The translations under genes were made by a program, and so were the position numbers. Shown here piece by piece: positions 39,101 through 47,311 of a DNA stretch of 64,000 nucleotides. Under the pieces are notes generated by a model. It ran no database searches. It was not told the DNA's origin and was given only the letters and a program-made list of their open reading frames with translations. The stretch lies in IMG/VR virus record IMGVR_UViG_2657245668_000002, positions 1 through 64,000 of that record; one strand, 5' to 3'. Position 1 is the first letter of the stretch. Each line of letters opens with the position of its first letter. This stretch comes from a virus. Taxonomy: Duplodnaviria > Caudoviricetes.

Positions 39101-41499
39101 TTGGCCCATTTCGTGAATCTGGCTACTTTTTCATTGGGGAATGGCTTGCCGTGGTGCAATCTCAACTCGCCTTGTGGAGTTCCTGATTCAATATGCCCCT
39201 CTTTGGTTGATGCAATACCGCTATCAGTTGATTTTGCAGGTAATCGCACGCCAAAACCGTCGCCTACTGGCTCAATAACAGCACCTGGCATTTTTGCCCA
39301 CTTAGTGAATCTGGCCACTTTCTCATTAGGGAATGGCTTGCCGTGGTGCAATCTCAACTCGCCAAGAGTTTCACCTTTTGCATAAGCTTCGGTACGTGCA
39401 TCTATAGGGACACCACCAGCACGCTGACGCTGATCGGTAATCGCTGTTTCAGACTGCGCTCCCATCGCCTCAGTAAAGCGGCGCACATCTTTACGCTGCC
39501 CTCCCTCAAACTGCGGCGCTTTCCCTGACTGAACATCATCAGGATTAACTACAGGTCCATCAGCAAAGATGATGTTTTTATCCGTAATGGCCTGCTGATC
39601 CGTTTGCCCATCGTAGGTATGGGTTTCTCTGACCGCACCTTGCTGCTCTGCCTGCTCCCTCGGCAAATACACTTGCCCACGAGTCTGTTCCCCGGCGGTG
39701 AATTGTGGCGCGGAACCCGCTTGAGGTTCATCACCTTGAATTGGTCCTGGCATTGGGAAACCTTCACCCGGATGAATATTACCGGGAGCTGGCAGGCGTG
39801 GAGTTCGCTGCGCCCGAATCTGATCAGCCTGCTGAAGTATCGACAACTCATCAGGTGTAAAGCCCTGCTCACCCGACTCCATTTGTTGCTGAATCAGATC
39901 TTGTGCGGTCGGCTGTGCTTCTGGCTCTGCAAGTGAACGTTGAACATCGCTATCATCAGCAAAACCTTGCACGCGAGGATCCTGACGCAGATAGGCTGGA
40001 GTATCGCGGAAATCATCAATCTGGGAGTTAGGTACACCATTTTCGCTCACTGAATTCTGCTGAACTGCCACTTCAGGGGCAGCCTGATTTTCTGCCTGCG
40101 GTGTCACTTCTGGCTGTAGGGAGGGATCGATATTTTCAGATACTGGCGAACCCTCGATATCAACTGGAGTCTCTGGTGTGGTTTCCGCTGCGAATCTGCG
40201 ACCTCGAATCCCACCGATAGTACCGGCCCCCATACCAATCCCACCCCCAACAATTGCATTGTTGGCCCCTGTTTCAAAAACATCTTTCATCGGGTCAATT
40301 TTTTGGCCTGCGGTGTTAATTAATTGCTGATTCTGGACATATCGCTGGGAGGCACCTTGAGCAAACTCAGTACTGCTTTCCGCGAAGGTTCCCGTCGCTG
40401 CACTAGAAATAACACTTTTAGTTGCCATCTTTTTAGTAAGCAATTTTGCTAGGGTATGATCCCCCAATGTAGAAGCGGCAATATTAATAGCCAGCATCCG
40501 AGGATCAGCAGTAACACTATTAGCAGCTTGTTCTGCAACCTGGCTTCGAGCCAAAGTTAATTTTTGTGTGTCAGTTAATGAGGAATTAGAGGGGTCGCTA
40601 TCAATATCAGCAAACGCTTTTTGGAATGTTGTGCTTTCGAGTAATTGATCAAAGGGGATGGAATTAGTCTCTTCACGCATATCAATACCGCCTTGACCTT
40701 GAGCGGTACCCGTCGATACGCCAACAAACCCCGTGACTTGGGCTCTCCTTTTTGCCATCTGAGCAGTTTCTTTTGCTGTGGCCCTTGCCGCCTCTTCAGG
40801 AAGCACCTTAATTAAACGATTGTAGGCTCCCTTTTCAACCATGCTTTCAACCGCATTAGCCCCTAGCTTTGCCCCACTTGCCGTTAAAAACATTTGCGAT
40901 ATTGATGGGATTGCATTAATCATCCATGCATCTTTATCGAATAGGCCAGCACCAGCTTTAATCCCAGTAACATTTTTATTTTTGTCACGTTCAAAAGTTA
41001 TAAAATCCATCGCAGCAGCTTCTTTAGCGCCCTCGCTATAATTGCTTTTGATTTCTTTCGAAGCGCTTTGAGCAAGATCACCCACCCCACTAATCACTGT
41101 ATTACCAGCACGTGATAACAGATTGCCGCTGTTCGCTTGCATCACCCTCAACATTTCAGGACTAACCGGAATATCAATCAGCGGTTTCTTTTCACCACTT
41201 CGATATTCTGATGCTTTATCATCTAAACGCTGATTACCCGCCTTAAATAACTGAGCATTGCCACTAATGATATCTGTTGGTGCCGCCGCAGCGGAAAGAA
41301 GTACATCTTTTAAACCTACGCTAGGGTCATTGGCTTGCGGAGCTTTTGACTGCCGTCCAGCAGCCTCACGCGCTGCCCTGACGGCACCCCAGTCGAAACC
41401 AGTATTAGCATTCTCACCTGGTTGCTGGATATTGAGTGTTTCACGATTACTGTTATTGGTTTGCTCTTCTGGACGTTGTTGTTGCGGATCGTAAGTCAT
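33151..41499 (-). CDS. Giant polyvalent virion/ejection protein (~2780 aa; LPD-type, zincin-like, MuF-C-like domains)
   Basis: IDDFGEELKGA.K; FGFRGVQFGN..LGLAFGARG..AHYEP..GSLAHEWFHALD; RHEVLAHHGL; LPELL.DP.AV; C-terminal PFFNA..PKPFE.G; start MTYDP at 41499. Confidence 0.85.
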   Translation of the reverse strand: MTYDPQQQRPEEQTNNSNRETLNIQQPGENANTGFDWGAVRAAREAAGRQSKAPQANDPSVGLKDVLLSAAAAPTDIISGNAQLFKAGNQRLDDKASEYRSGEKKPLIDIPVSPEMLRVMQANSGNLLSRAGNTVISGVGDLAQSASKEIKSNYSEGAKEAAAMDFITFERDKNKNVTGIKAGAGLFDKDAWMINAIPSISQMFLTASGAKLGANAVESMVEKGAYNRLIKVLPEEAARATAKETAQMAKRRAQVTGFVGVSTGTAQGQGGIDMREETNSIPFDQLLESTTFQKAFADIDSDPSNSSLTDTQKLTLARSQVAEQAANSVTADPRMLAINIAASTLGDHTLAKLLTKKMATKSVISSAATGTFAESSTEFAQGASQRYVQNQQLINTAGQKIDPMKDVFETGANNAIVGGGIGMGAGTIGGIRGRRFAAETTPETPVDIEGSPVSENIDPSLQPEVTPQAENQAAPEVAVQQNSVSENGVPNSQIDDFRDTPAYLRQDPRVQGFADDSDVQRSLAEPEAQPTAQDLIQQQMESGEQGFTPDELSILQQADQIRAQRTPRLPAPGNIHPGEGFPMPGPIQGDEPQAGSAPQFTAGEQTRGQVYLPREQAEQQGAVRETHTYDGQTDQQAITDKNIIFADGPVVNPDDVQSGKAPQFEGGQRKDVRRFTEAMGAQSETAITDQRQRAGGVPIDARTEAYAKGETLGELRLHHGKPFPNEKVARFTKWAKMPGAVIEPVGDGFGVRLPAKSTDSGIASTKEGHIESGTPQGELRLHHGKPFPNEKVARFTKWAKMPGAVIEPVSDGFGVRLPPEPTTANTKTAPSNEGVVASGEQQVGELRLHLGKPFNSEKVAKYSKWGRMPGATIEPVGKGYGVRLPVPEPVGQAKNRDAKIDDFGEELKGAAKHKWGQLAESLKADHDIEEIKKQPLSKLFPHPDYTKMHENGIEPGKLALLAALRSFIPTKPGSPYKLNQWAEQVKGVRDLAGSIINSHASVDDIKTIFRSKSSLRSAADAIDLISQFKPEHMAEASKYSIRSGHYTYFDGKSYPGGKTLYELVTPGGMKTDISAGSIPELLPKAKEFIETKINSDKGDDALKQAQLTPRQAKLEIYTRRADKSVFIGYKGAMGVLPLKAGFKTPTEARAYLAENRAEIEAKLDKLRKTSREEQRKLTNEPRIGIERRNGNVTPEQFSDAFGFRGVQFGNYVEGARRQTELNDAYDSLVDMAELLNVPPQALSLNGELGLAFGARGKAGAKAHYEPGQVVINLTKGNGAGSLAHEWFHALDNYFGTYDVHGESSGKRSSEFITDRKRPRYEFSGGKRQEIIHPVRQEVHDAFKSVVEKVTHSGMMERASLLDGSRSKAYWTTKLEMSARAFERYLLDKAQSKGISNDYLVNLRKADEHANPETYAYPTEAELNGGVRQAFDHLFQTLKTKPTDKGIAFYSRKGTDIGKGNVISDTGHTAAGDKPTQGIRQGRAQVIADVWVRNLNGAAKIKVKVVQTQAEAAAMMPSGIPKEFGIVHAIYQPELSRVIVVADNITSDRELRAKLRHEVLAHHGLASVIGDVEYDRIMRVLHQTRDSKNKEIQDVWREVDKSYRNESLEMQANEFLAHMAERSELTGLGAMWDRFVSVLINGLKKTGIMNANDISPTEIRNILRTVAGRFKKTAMYDGEQPGTREFDNTFSRSDALYSKHDDVDPLKPVPVEAEQYRSELDKAMRSLRSVDTPVKLGRTPPVLKALGAPNLDMFITRDTVRKATNGIKHEVPMSIIEQLPELLHDPLAVYRSSTQDNAVVVLLEAKDVSNNPVVTAIHLNAKKGFIEVNKIASVYGTVGGMQKINGMEDAGLTLYKREKQNPEKLHSRGLQLPKENTYQGSESQSGTAQELQLLKRGSPNQDSVENILSSTDIRKNKALYSRTANPSMDAETSRKMGFNVEQGWFDKAKTFYGTVTSKDKTELKAWLKETGRKLNTKTFDGMAPLKYAEDAAGINDARSSAYIGARMAAGAGSVTAATLEHGLPRYNKVEGIVERQSGTGKEDALMGILDGLGNHRENFFKWIAGHRSERLMKEGKENNFNADEIAYMKTLSRGNETLFEGQKKKYDAFIKSILDLQQDMGLIDPESRAQWEDAWYLPYYREAENGEVKGPWTSKGIANQSSTVRKLKGSDLTIKDPIENLFNYVAKSVDASMKNEAMRRSVVNLADTGVLEVIESPNKMDFERIGKDVVKVFVDGQEKLVQVNDPELYRAFTMIDLERSNSTFMKAARQAKKVLTVSTTSMPDFIIRNFMRDSIHSWAINKDGFKPVTASWAGFKKALRTDDSLVDMMFAGATFGGGYSNVYDPASTAKTIRSVLRRKGYTDSQIQEFESSIARNSKEVMGKIEQGLHKYKNLSEAAENANRLATYEAAIKSGKSKAQAAFESRDLMDFSMMGASNIMINLSDMLPFFNARMQGLSKLGRGIKENPREVLKRGGMITAASLALMALNWDDKRYEELQDWDKDTYWHAWIGGQHIRFPKPFEIGLMFGTLPERFVRALGGKDTGAKFGKLVAHNFMETMAFNPIPQVAMPIAEAYVNYDFFKGGPIENMADSNLIAGARYNDQTSLLMREVGQATNMSPKMLDHIAMGYTGSLGSYVMGATNLLMSNLKDYGETPAMRLDEMPVIKSFFRGSDPAKSTQFTEDFYRMMTEANQINSTINSFRKQGRGDDANELIEENRGKLSQRQGLTATQKQVKALNAQIEMMRRDRILTADQKREKIDRLMATRNKLVQQAVERVNPYFNK

Positions 41500-42071
41500 T
41501 GGGCGCTCCAAATTTCAGACGTAAAAAAAGCCTCATTGTGAGGCTGTTCGATAGTATTAATAAGGTCCGGTTGAGCGAGATCTTTAATCCGTTCATATTC
41601 AAGATTAAGTCTGTGTTTTTCCTTCTTTCTCGCATTCATCAATCGACTACCGATAGTCCCCTTAACCTTCGAAACATTTTCTTTTATGGCAAATAGATGC
41701 TGTGCTTGTTCACCAATTGCGCGACGACGCTTTAGTTGCTCTGCCATCCAGTTGAAAGCATTGATATACGCCTCTTTAATCGCTGTCGCAGGTTTACCGG
41801 TAAATCCCATAATTAACATCATGCAGCCATCACGGGTTATATTAAACATCGGCTGCGTATCGCCATTTTTATCAATGAAATCAGTGGGCGCAAAATTGCG
41901 CTGGGTAAAATCATCGGAACATTTCAGGTTTCGAATTGCCCTTAGAACATCTTTGTGACGCTTGCTAAAGCATTGAGCAACCTTAAGTGAGGTGGTTATC
42001 ACTTTGTTCTCTGACATAACCACCATGTCTCGAAAATCAAATTGTGGGATGACTACCATTTGTTTGTTCAT
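41496..42071 (-). CDS. rha: Rha family phage regulator
   Basis: TTSLKVA..F.KRHKDVLRAI, ITRDG.M.LIMGFTG..A..KEAYINAFN.M; ATG 42071 with TAAGGA SD. Confidence 0.9.
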   Translation of the reverse strand: MNKQMVVIPQFDFRDMVVMSENKVITTSLKVAQCFSKRHKDVLRAIRNLKCSDDFTQRNFAPTDFIDKNGDTQPMFNITRDGCMMLIMGFTGKPATAIKEAYINAFNWMAEQLKRRRAIGEQAQHLFAIKENVSKVKGTIGSRLMNARKKEKHRLNLEYERIKDLAQPDLINTIEQPHNEAFFTSEIWSAQ

Positions 42072-42083
42072 TGGCACTTCCTT

Positions 42084-42167
42084 ATTAGAAATGAACCTTT
42101 GGCGCATAGGAAACCAGCCCATCGAGGCGTACCAACCGTACTGGCTCCTCAAAGGCTCATTTCTAAT
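42084..42167 (-). promoter_or_regulatory. Long hairpin in rha leader
   Basis: ATTAGAAATGAGCCTTTG...CAAAGGTTCATTTCTAAT 18-bp stem with inner GCCAG/CTGG helix, closing at the SD. Confidence 0.65.
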
Positions 42168-42294
42168 CAGGTTCGATGATTTGAAGCACATGCGTTGTGC
42201 TGGGGAAACTGGAATAAAAAAAACCCGGCAGGCGAACCTGTCGAGGCTAGATTTCGTGCATAAAAAAACCGAAGGGCTTTTTAAAGCTCACTTC

Positions 42295-42336
42295 GGCATC
42301 TTTGGATAATTTAGCGCGTTCCGTTTGGCTAAGCAA
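42295..42336 (-). promoter_or_regulatory. Repeated late-promoter module copy 1
   Basis: TTGCTT-17(..ACGCGC)-TAAATT-ATCCAAAGATGCC, followed by U-tailed hairpins at 42262-42296 and 42215-42248. Confidence 0.7.
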
Positions 42337-42417
42337 GATTATAAATTGCAAATATCTCATACTACAATTGACGATACAGACTCCAATATTTTATAGTCTC
42401 AATTAAAAGCAATACAG

Positions 42418-43131
42418 TCAGTAGTATTCGGTGTTATACATGGCAGAGTATACTTCTGTTACTCTGCCATCAGGGTATATGTCTTTTATTTTACAGGATA
42501 CAGGGTTACCATGTGAATCTATCGTACACTCTCTTATTGTTGAAACTTCAAGCTTATCATTAATGTAAGTTTTCGTTTCATAGTTAAATGGATTTATTGC
42601 TTTAGCATCAAATTCAGTCACTATTTTATTCACAAAATTCTCTTCATAACTTACGTCTAAAATAGGATATCCACTTTCGTCATACTCGTAATGTTTTCTT
42701 ATTTTCCCACTTTCTGATATTTTAACATCCGTTACAAACCCTTTATCATTCAGTAGTGCTTTAACATCTCCATTCATAGTTTGCGTAATGTTGCATTTCT
42801 CATTCAAAATTAACTTTCTTTCTTTGGTATTACTATTAATATAAAAATTACCATCTTTAACGTAATCCGTATCTATTTCTGATATTGGAGTGCGGACCTT
42901 TATTGAAGTAAAGCAGCCTTTCTCATCAATATTTGCATGAGCTTCAGAAATAACATTCCCATTGGCATCCAGCATTTTTTGACTGAGTGATTTAACAGGT
43001 CCATGTAACGGGTCTAACCCAAATATGTTAGAGATGCTTGCAACATTCGGCGTAAAAACTAAAGATTCATTATTCCTATCGCAGGCACTTAATGCCACAA
43101 TCAGGGTGCAGACACTTATAATCCGTTTCAC
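42418..43131 (-). CDS. YnfC-family lipoprotein (moron)
   Basis: Lipobox LSAC; FTP..AS.SN.FG.DPL.GPVK.L.Q..GCF; C..DSHGNP.SC; AT-rich. Confidence 0.8.
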   Translation of the reverse strand: MKRIISVCTLIVALSACDRNNESLVFTPNVASISNIFGLDPLHGPVKSLSQKMLDANGNVISEAHANIDEKGCFTSIKVRTPISEIDTDYVKDGNFYINSNTKERKLILNEKCNITQTMNGDVKALLNDKGFVTDVKISESGKIRKHYEYDESGYPILDVSYEENFVNKIVTEFDAKAINPFNYETKTYINDKLEVSTIRECTIDSHGNPVSCKIKDIYPDGRVTEVYSAMYNTEYY

Positions 43132-43206
43132 TATGCACTATTCCTTATAATAAGTAGCTGATTACATAATATCAGGAGTCGCTAAGAATAATAAGAAACA
43201 TATTTA

Positions 43207-44583
43207 TTACTTTGCCGCTCGACTATAAACTTCTCGTAACTGCTGCGCAGTAAAGCTATCACCAGAAACGAGTGTTTCCTGGGTGGTACTGTTTGTAGCC
43301 CTCTGCTGCCTTCCTTCCCTTTGTTTCTGTTTCCATGCCACAAAGGCCTGCTGATCCTGTGGGCTATTCAGATCAGGCGCTTCACCAAACTCTTTTTGGT
43401 ACTCTCCTGCAAATGCTTCCAACTCTGCCGGGTCAATACCTGATTGATTTTGCGAACTACGTCCCCCGCCAACACCGTAGAGTTCTGACGCTTGTTGACG
43501 GCGTTGCTCCGAGTTGCTCTTAATCTCCTGTTTTGCAGCAGTCAGTTGTTTTTCATCCATCATCGCACCATCTTTATTCAGTGCAGTCAGTTGCTTACCT
43601 TCATCTTTGCTAATATCCAGCAGTTCTTTACGATAGCCCTCACTTTCCTGACGCATAGCGGCTTTATCTGGCGGGTTAACCATGCTGCCAATGAACTTGG
43701 CCCTATCTGGTTGGTTAAGCTGACCAACCATCTGGCTGTAACCTCTGACTTTATTCATAAACTCATCGATAGGGATTTTAGCTACCTGGTTATCATTCAC
43801 ATCAGCGGAACCGAATTGAGTCATAGGTTTGTTGGCGGTTGAACCATCGCTATAAGTGACTTTCAGACCGGGAATAACAAACTTGCCATCTTCACTGATA
43901 CCAATATGAGCCAACTCTTTGCTCTTAATCTTCTTCCCTGACGCTGGATCGACTTCATCAATATTGCGTTCAATATAGGGGGCCAGCACAGTATTCATCG
44001 TTTTTAATACTTTCGGGTCGTTATAGTTCATTTCCCCGGAAAGCACCTTCGGCATAATCTGGTTAATCTCCATCACATTATCAATTGCTCCCTGACCAAA
44101 GAAACGCGAAGGGTGAAGCGGGTTATCCTTTGAAATTTGCCCATACAATTGAGGGTCAACCTGACCGGTGGTTTCAATTTGCTTATACAGCGCCTGAACA
44201 ACCGGCATTTCTTCTTGCATGCGCTGCTGCCGCTCAGCTTGAGAACGTTGGAAATTAAACTCGTTCTTACGCATATTGAGTTCCTGCGCCCGCATGCCCA
44301 AGCTGGCATTTGCCGTGCGCTGACTAGCCTGCGCCAAGCCATAGTTCTTATTCCACTGCTCATCACCCACGCTATCACGCTGTGATTTATATTGATGATC
44401 ACGATTGTCAGTTTCTTTGCGCCAGTTAACCTGATCCTGCGCCAGACCATAGTTACGGTCAGAGTCCTTAACCTGTTGTTGTTGTGCCGCATCCCGCAAA
44501 CCCAGTTCACGGTCACGACTGATAGCCTGATCCGCAGTATTGAAGCCTGCCAAGAAGCCGTCTGCTAAACCTTGTACGCCCAT
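43207..44583 (-). CDS. Internal virion/DNA ejection protein
   Basis: Gln-rich coiled coil, GLADGFLAGF N-terminus; synteny. Confidence 0.6.
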   Translation of the reverse strand: MGVQGLADGFLAGFNTADQAISRDRELGLRDAAQQQQVKDSDRNYGLAQDQVNWRKETDNRDHQYKSQRDSVGDEQWNKNYGLAQASQRTANASLGMRAQELNMRKNEFNFQRSQAERQQRMQEEMPVVQALYKQIETTGQVDPQLYGQISKDNPLHPSRFFGQGAIDNVMEINQIMPKVLSGEMNYNDPKVLKTMNTVLAPYIERNIDEVDPASGKKIKSKELAHIGISEDGKFVIPGLKVTYSDGSTANKPMTQFGSADVNDNQVAKIPIDEFMNKVRGYSQMVGQLNQPDRAKFIGSMVNPPDKAAMRQESEGYRKELLDISKDEGKQLTALNKDGAMMDEKQLTAAKQEIKSNSEQRRQQASELYGVGGGRSSQNQSGIDPAELEAFAGEYQKEFGEAPDLNSPQDQQAFVAWKQKQREGRQQRATNSTTQETLVSGDSFTAQQLREVYSRAAK

Positions 44584-44595
44584 AATAATGATCCT

Positions 44596-44856
44596 TTAGA
44601 AGAAACTACTTGCCAGCAAACCTACTGCGGCACCAATACCCGCACCAATCGGCCCACCCGCAGCACCATAGGTGGCACCAACCGCCATACCAGTACCGGC
44701 CCCCACGCCAATCATGCTCATTTGGCTCTGTTTCTGTTGGGATTTGAGCTGCTCATTTGCAGATTCGCGCTGTATCTCGCGGTTAGAAGCATCACCTAGC
44801 CCTTGCATGGCCTGCTGCCGAGTATCCCGTGCAACATCAATCAGTCCGTATCCCAT
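44596..44856 (-). CDS. Small internal virion protein with glycine zipper
   Basis: GAGTGMAVGA..GPIGAGIGAAVG. Confidence 0.6.
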   Translation of the reverse strand: MGYGLIDVARDTRQQAMQGLGDASNREIQRESANEQLKSQQKQSQMSMIGVGAGTGMAVGATYGAAGGPIGAGIGAAVGLLASSFF

Positions 44857-45239
44857 TAGTTACTCCCCCCGCCAATACTCATTTGCTCACGTAGACTTGC
44901 ACTGCCACCGGTTAAAATATTCATCTGCCGATCTTGCTCAGCCTCCCGGATACCATTCTTCGCCCCGGCAGTGGCCAGTGCTGAGCGCAAGCCTAAACTG
45001 TTATCGTTCGGGTTTGCCGTCTGAGTAGTGCCATAACGCGCCAACTGATTTTGAGTACCCAACTGAGCAGAACGCAGACTGTTAGCAGAACTATCACTGA
45101 CGCGGGTTAATTGCTGATTCATCAGTTCGCCGCTGGTAGCCAAACCCATCAGCTCTTTTTGCTTTGGATAAAAACGAGTGAGCCAATCGTTATACTGATC
45201 ACGAATAAGATTGGCATAGGTATCAGATGCTTGTCCCAT
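44856..45239 (-). CDS. Phage virion protein
   Basis: GGAGG SD; coupled within the operon. Confidence 0.6.
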   Translation of the reverse strand: MGQASDTYANLIRDQYNDWLTRFYPKQKELMGLATSGELMNQQLTRVSDSSANSLRSAQLGTQNQLARYGTTQTANPNDNSLGLRSALATAGAKNGIREAEQDRQMNILTGGSASLREQMSIGGGSN

Positions 45240-45254
45240 AACTACCTCCTATCA

Positions 45255-45890
45255 TTAGCTGCCGCCAAAGATGCCAGTGGATTTACTACTCACGTCTTTG
45301 AGACCATAAGTCGATTTGCTGCTGACATCCTTTACCCCATAATTACGAGCGGCCATACCACCAGCAGCACCAACTAATTGCCCTACTGCCTGTCGGTCGC
45401 TAAGTGACTTCTGTGCATCGCTGGTCGCTTTACTTAAACTCTGGCTGGCAATGTTGCTATAACCAGACAGTGCATCAGCTTTTTGCCCTGAGCCCATAGC
45501 GACAACATCCTGTAACCCGGCTACATATTTATCCTGTTGTGAGGTTTGCGCTCGGTTAGTAGTGTCGATTTGCCCTGCCACCTGATCACTTTGCAACGTT
45601 TGTAGTGTTCCCTGGAATTTACCGCTACTCGGATCAACGCCCCCCGCAGACAATTCAGTAGCCGCCTGTTGGCGTGCCTTACCAAACTCCTGTTGATAAC
45701 CTAAGTTGACGGTCCCAGCGGCATCGTCATATTTCGACTCGTTATTCATACTGTCTACTTTGCTAATAAACAGATTTTCCATTGGCTTAAGTTCGTTCTG
45801 GTACAGCGTCCATTGTTTACCCGCAATTTCAGCCGCTGCCAGTTCCTGAGAGGTTTCTTTAACCTCGGTGCTACCGCCACCTTTGCCCAT
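45255..45890 (-). CDS. Internal virion (ejection) protein
   Basis: MGKGGGS N-terminus typical of podophage ejection proteins. Confidence 0.65.
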   Translation of the reverse strand: MGKGGGSTEVKETSQELAAAEIAGKQWTLYQNELKPMENLFISKVDSMNNESKYDDAAGTVNLGYQQEFGKARQQAATELSAGGVDPSSGKFQGTLQTLQSDQVAGQIDTTNRAQTSQQDKYVAGLQDVVAMGSGQKADALSGYSNIASQSLSKATSDAQKSLSDRQAVGQLVGAAGGMAARNYGVKDVSSKSTYGLKDVSSKSTGIFGGS

Positions 45891-45897
45891 AATGACC

Positions 45898-46272
45898 TCA
45901 TACCGGTATTTTGAATTTCATCAGTCCATCTTTATCAGGCATGCGCTCAAAACCGAGACGCCGCGCAATTCGGATAAACCCTTTTCGTGCTGTATAAAAC
46001 TCCGCCCAGCGCCCGCCTATCATCCGAGTCAGTTGCTGAACCTCTGGGGTGTACTTAACCAAACCTTGCTGCCCGCTACTAATACCCAGCCAAACCACCA
46101 CATAAGGAATGCCTTCTTTCATTCGCGGGCGCAGGACTATCACTGCATCGTCCGCTGAAAAGCAAAACGCCTGCTTGTTACGGCAGGCGTCTTGGACATG
46201 AATGAGGAGTTCCGGATCACCGGCATCGCTGGCTATTCGGGCCAGTTTAGAAGTGAAAGTAGTTTGCAGCAT
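45898..46272 (-). CDS. Phage protein (possible GNAT-like fold)
   Basis: VVWLGIS, F.T.RKGF.R.ARRLGF; precedes the MGKGG protein; start uncertain. Confidence 0.5.
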   Translation of the reverse strand: MLQTTFTSKLARIASDAGDPELLIHVQDACRNKQAFCFSADDAVIVLRPRMKEGIPYVVVWLGISSGQQGLVKYTPEVQQLTRMIGGRWAEFYTARKGFIRIARRLGFERMPDKDGLMKFKIPV

Positions 46273-47245
46273 CCAGCACCATGATAGGAATACTTGAAAC
46301 GTAATAGGTTAATGGGCCATGGGATGCCGGTTGATTTCTGGCCCATCCCCAAGCAGGGCCAATCTGCGTGCCGTTGCTGTTCACCCAGACATAAACCTGC
46401 CACGGGTAACTGTACATCGCACCAATATTGCACGGCGCGTACATTGGTCGGGCAATGCCCTCAACACTCCGCATTGAGCCTAATGCTGCACCGGTTAAAG
46501 GAACCAATTTAGGGCGGGCCAAAATATCGTAGCCAGAGTTATAAACCACTGAGCCATTTTGTTTTGAATAGATTTCCAAGCCATATTTGCTGCGATTTAA
46601 CGCACCATTACCAAAGATACAGACCTTGGCTCTAATAGTCGCGCCGCCACCGCCATTGACATAAAAAACCCGATATCGGCGGTCAGTGGGGTCAGGCGAC
46701 ATACAAATGGTTTTACTGGCATCTGTTGTGTAGAAATAACACATCACCTGATCGGCTGCGAATGCCGGATTAATATAACTGGGTAACCAGCCATCATTTA
46801 TATCAACTTCACCTTTAAATAACAGGCAAGAGAATTGACTGATATTGCTAATGCCGGTGAAGTTATTAACCCCCATAAATTGGATACCATAACCGCCCAC
46901 CGATCCAGAAGCGGGCCAGATATAAACACCATAATATGAAGATGGAATAGCACCATAATAATTAACTGAGTTTACTTTCAGTGTACGGTTAGCGTCTAAA
47001 TAAGGTTGATTATAAGCGAATCCACCTGGTACCCACTGACTACCACTAACGGTGTAATCAAGCCAGGCATAAGAAGACATCCAAAGAAAATAGTCATAGC
47101 CAGAAGGAATAGTAATCCCCGTATTCCATTCCCCATATGAAGTACCTTTACTGCCCATGCCAACTATTTTAGTGACCGTAGTTTTGTTATCCATCACGAC
47201 TGATGTGCCATCAGGGCGGAATACTTCTAAACCGTAGCGCGACAC
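46247..47245 (-). CDS. Tail-associated protein
   Basis: Repeated YG(L/I)E(V/I)F motifs; follows the tail tip gene. Confidence 0.7.
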   Translation of the reverse strand: MSRYGLEVFRPDGTSVVMDNKTTVTKIVGMGSKGTSYGEWNTGITIPSGYDYFLWMSSYAWLDYTVSGSQWVPGGFAYNQPYLDANRTLKVNSVNYYGAIPSSYYGVYIWPASGSVGGYGIQFMGVNNFTGISNISQFSCLLFKGEVDINDGWLPSYINPAFAADQVMCYFYTTDASKTICMSPDPTDRRYRVFYVNGGGGATIRAKVCIFGNGALNRSKYGLEIYSKQNGSVVYNSGYDILARPKLVPLTGAALGSMRSVEGIARPMYAPCNIGAMYSYPWQVYVWVNSNGTQIGPAWGWARNQPASHGPLTYYVSSIPIMVLDAANYFHF

Positions 47246-47311
47246 TGCCAGATACCGTTAAAGTTAAAATCAGGAGGGGGATTCTTACCCACGGACATAC
47301 ACGCGGTTAAA

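Noticed and set aside
38819-39385. 188-aa plus-strand ORF with internal repeats
   Set aside because: Antisense shadow of the triplicated module in the giant gene. Most other short overlapping ORFs in the track are similar shadows.
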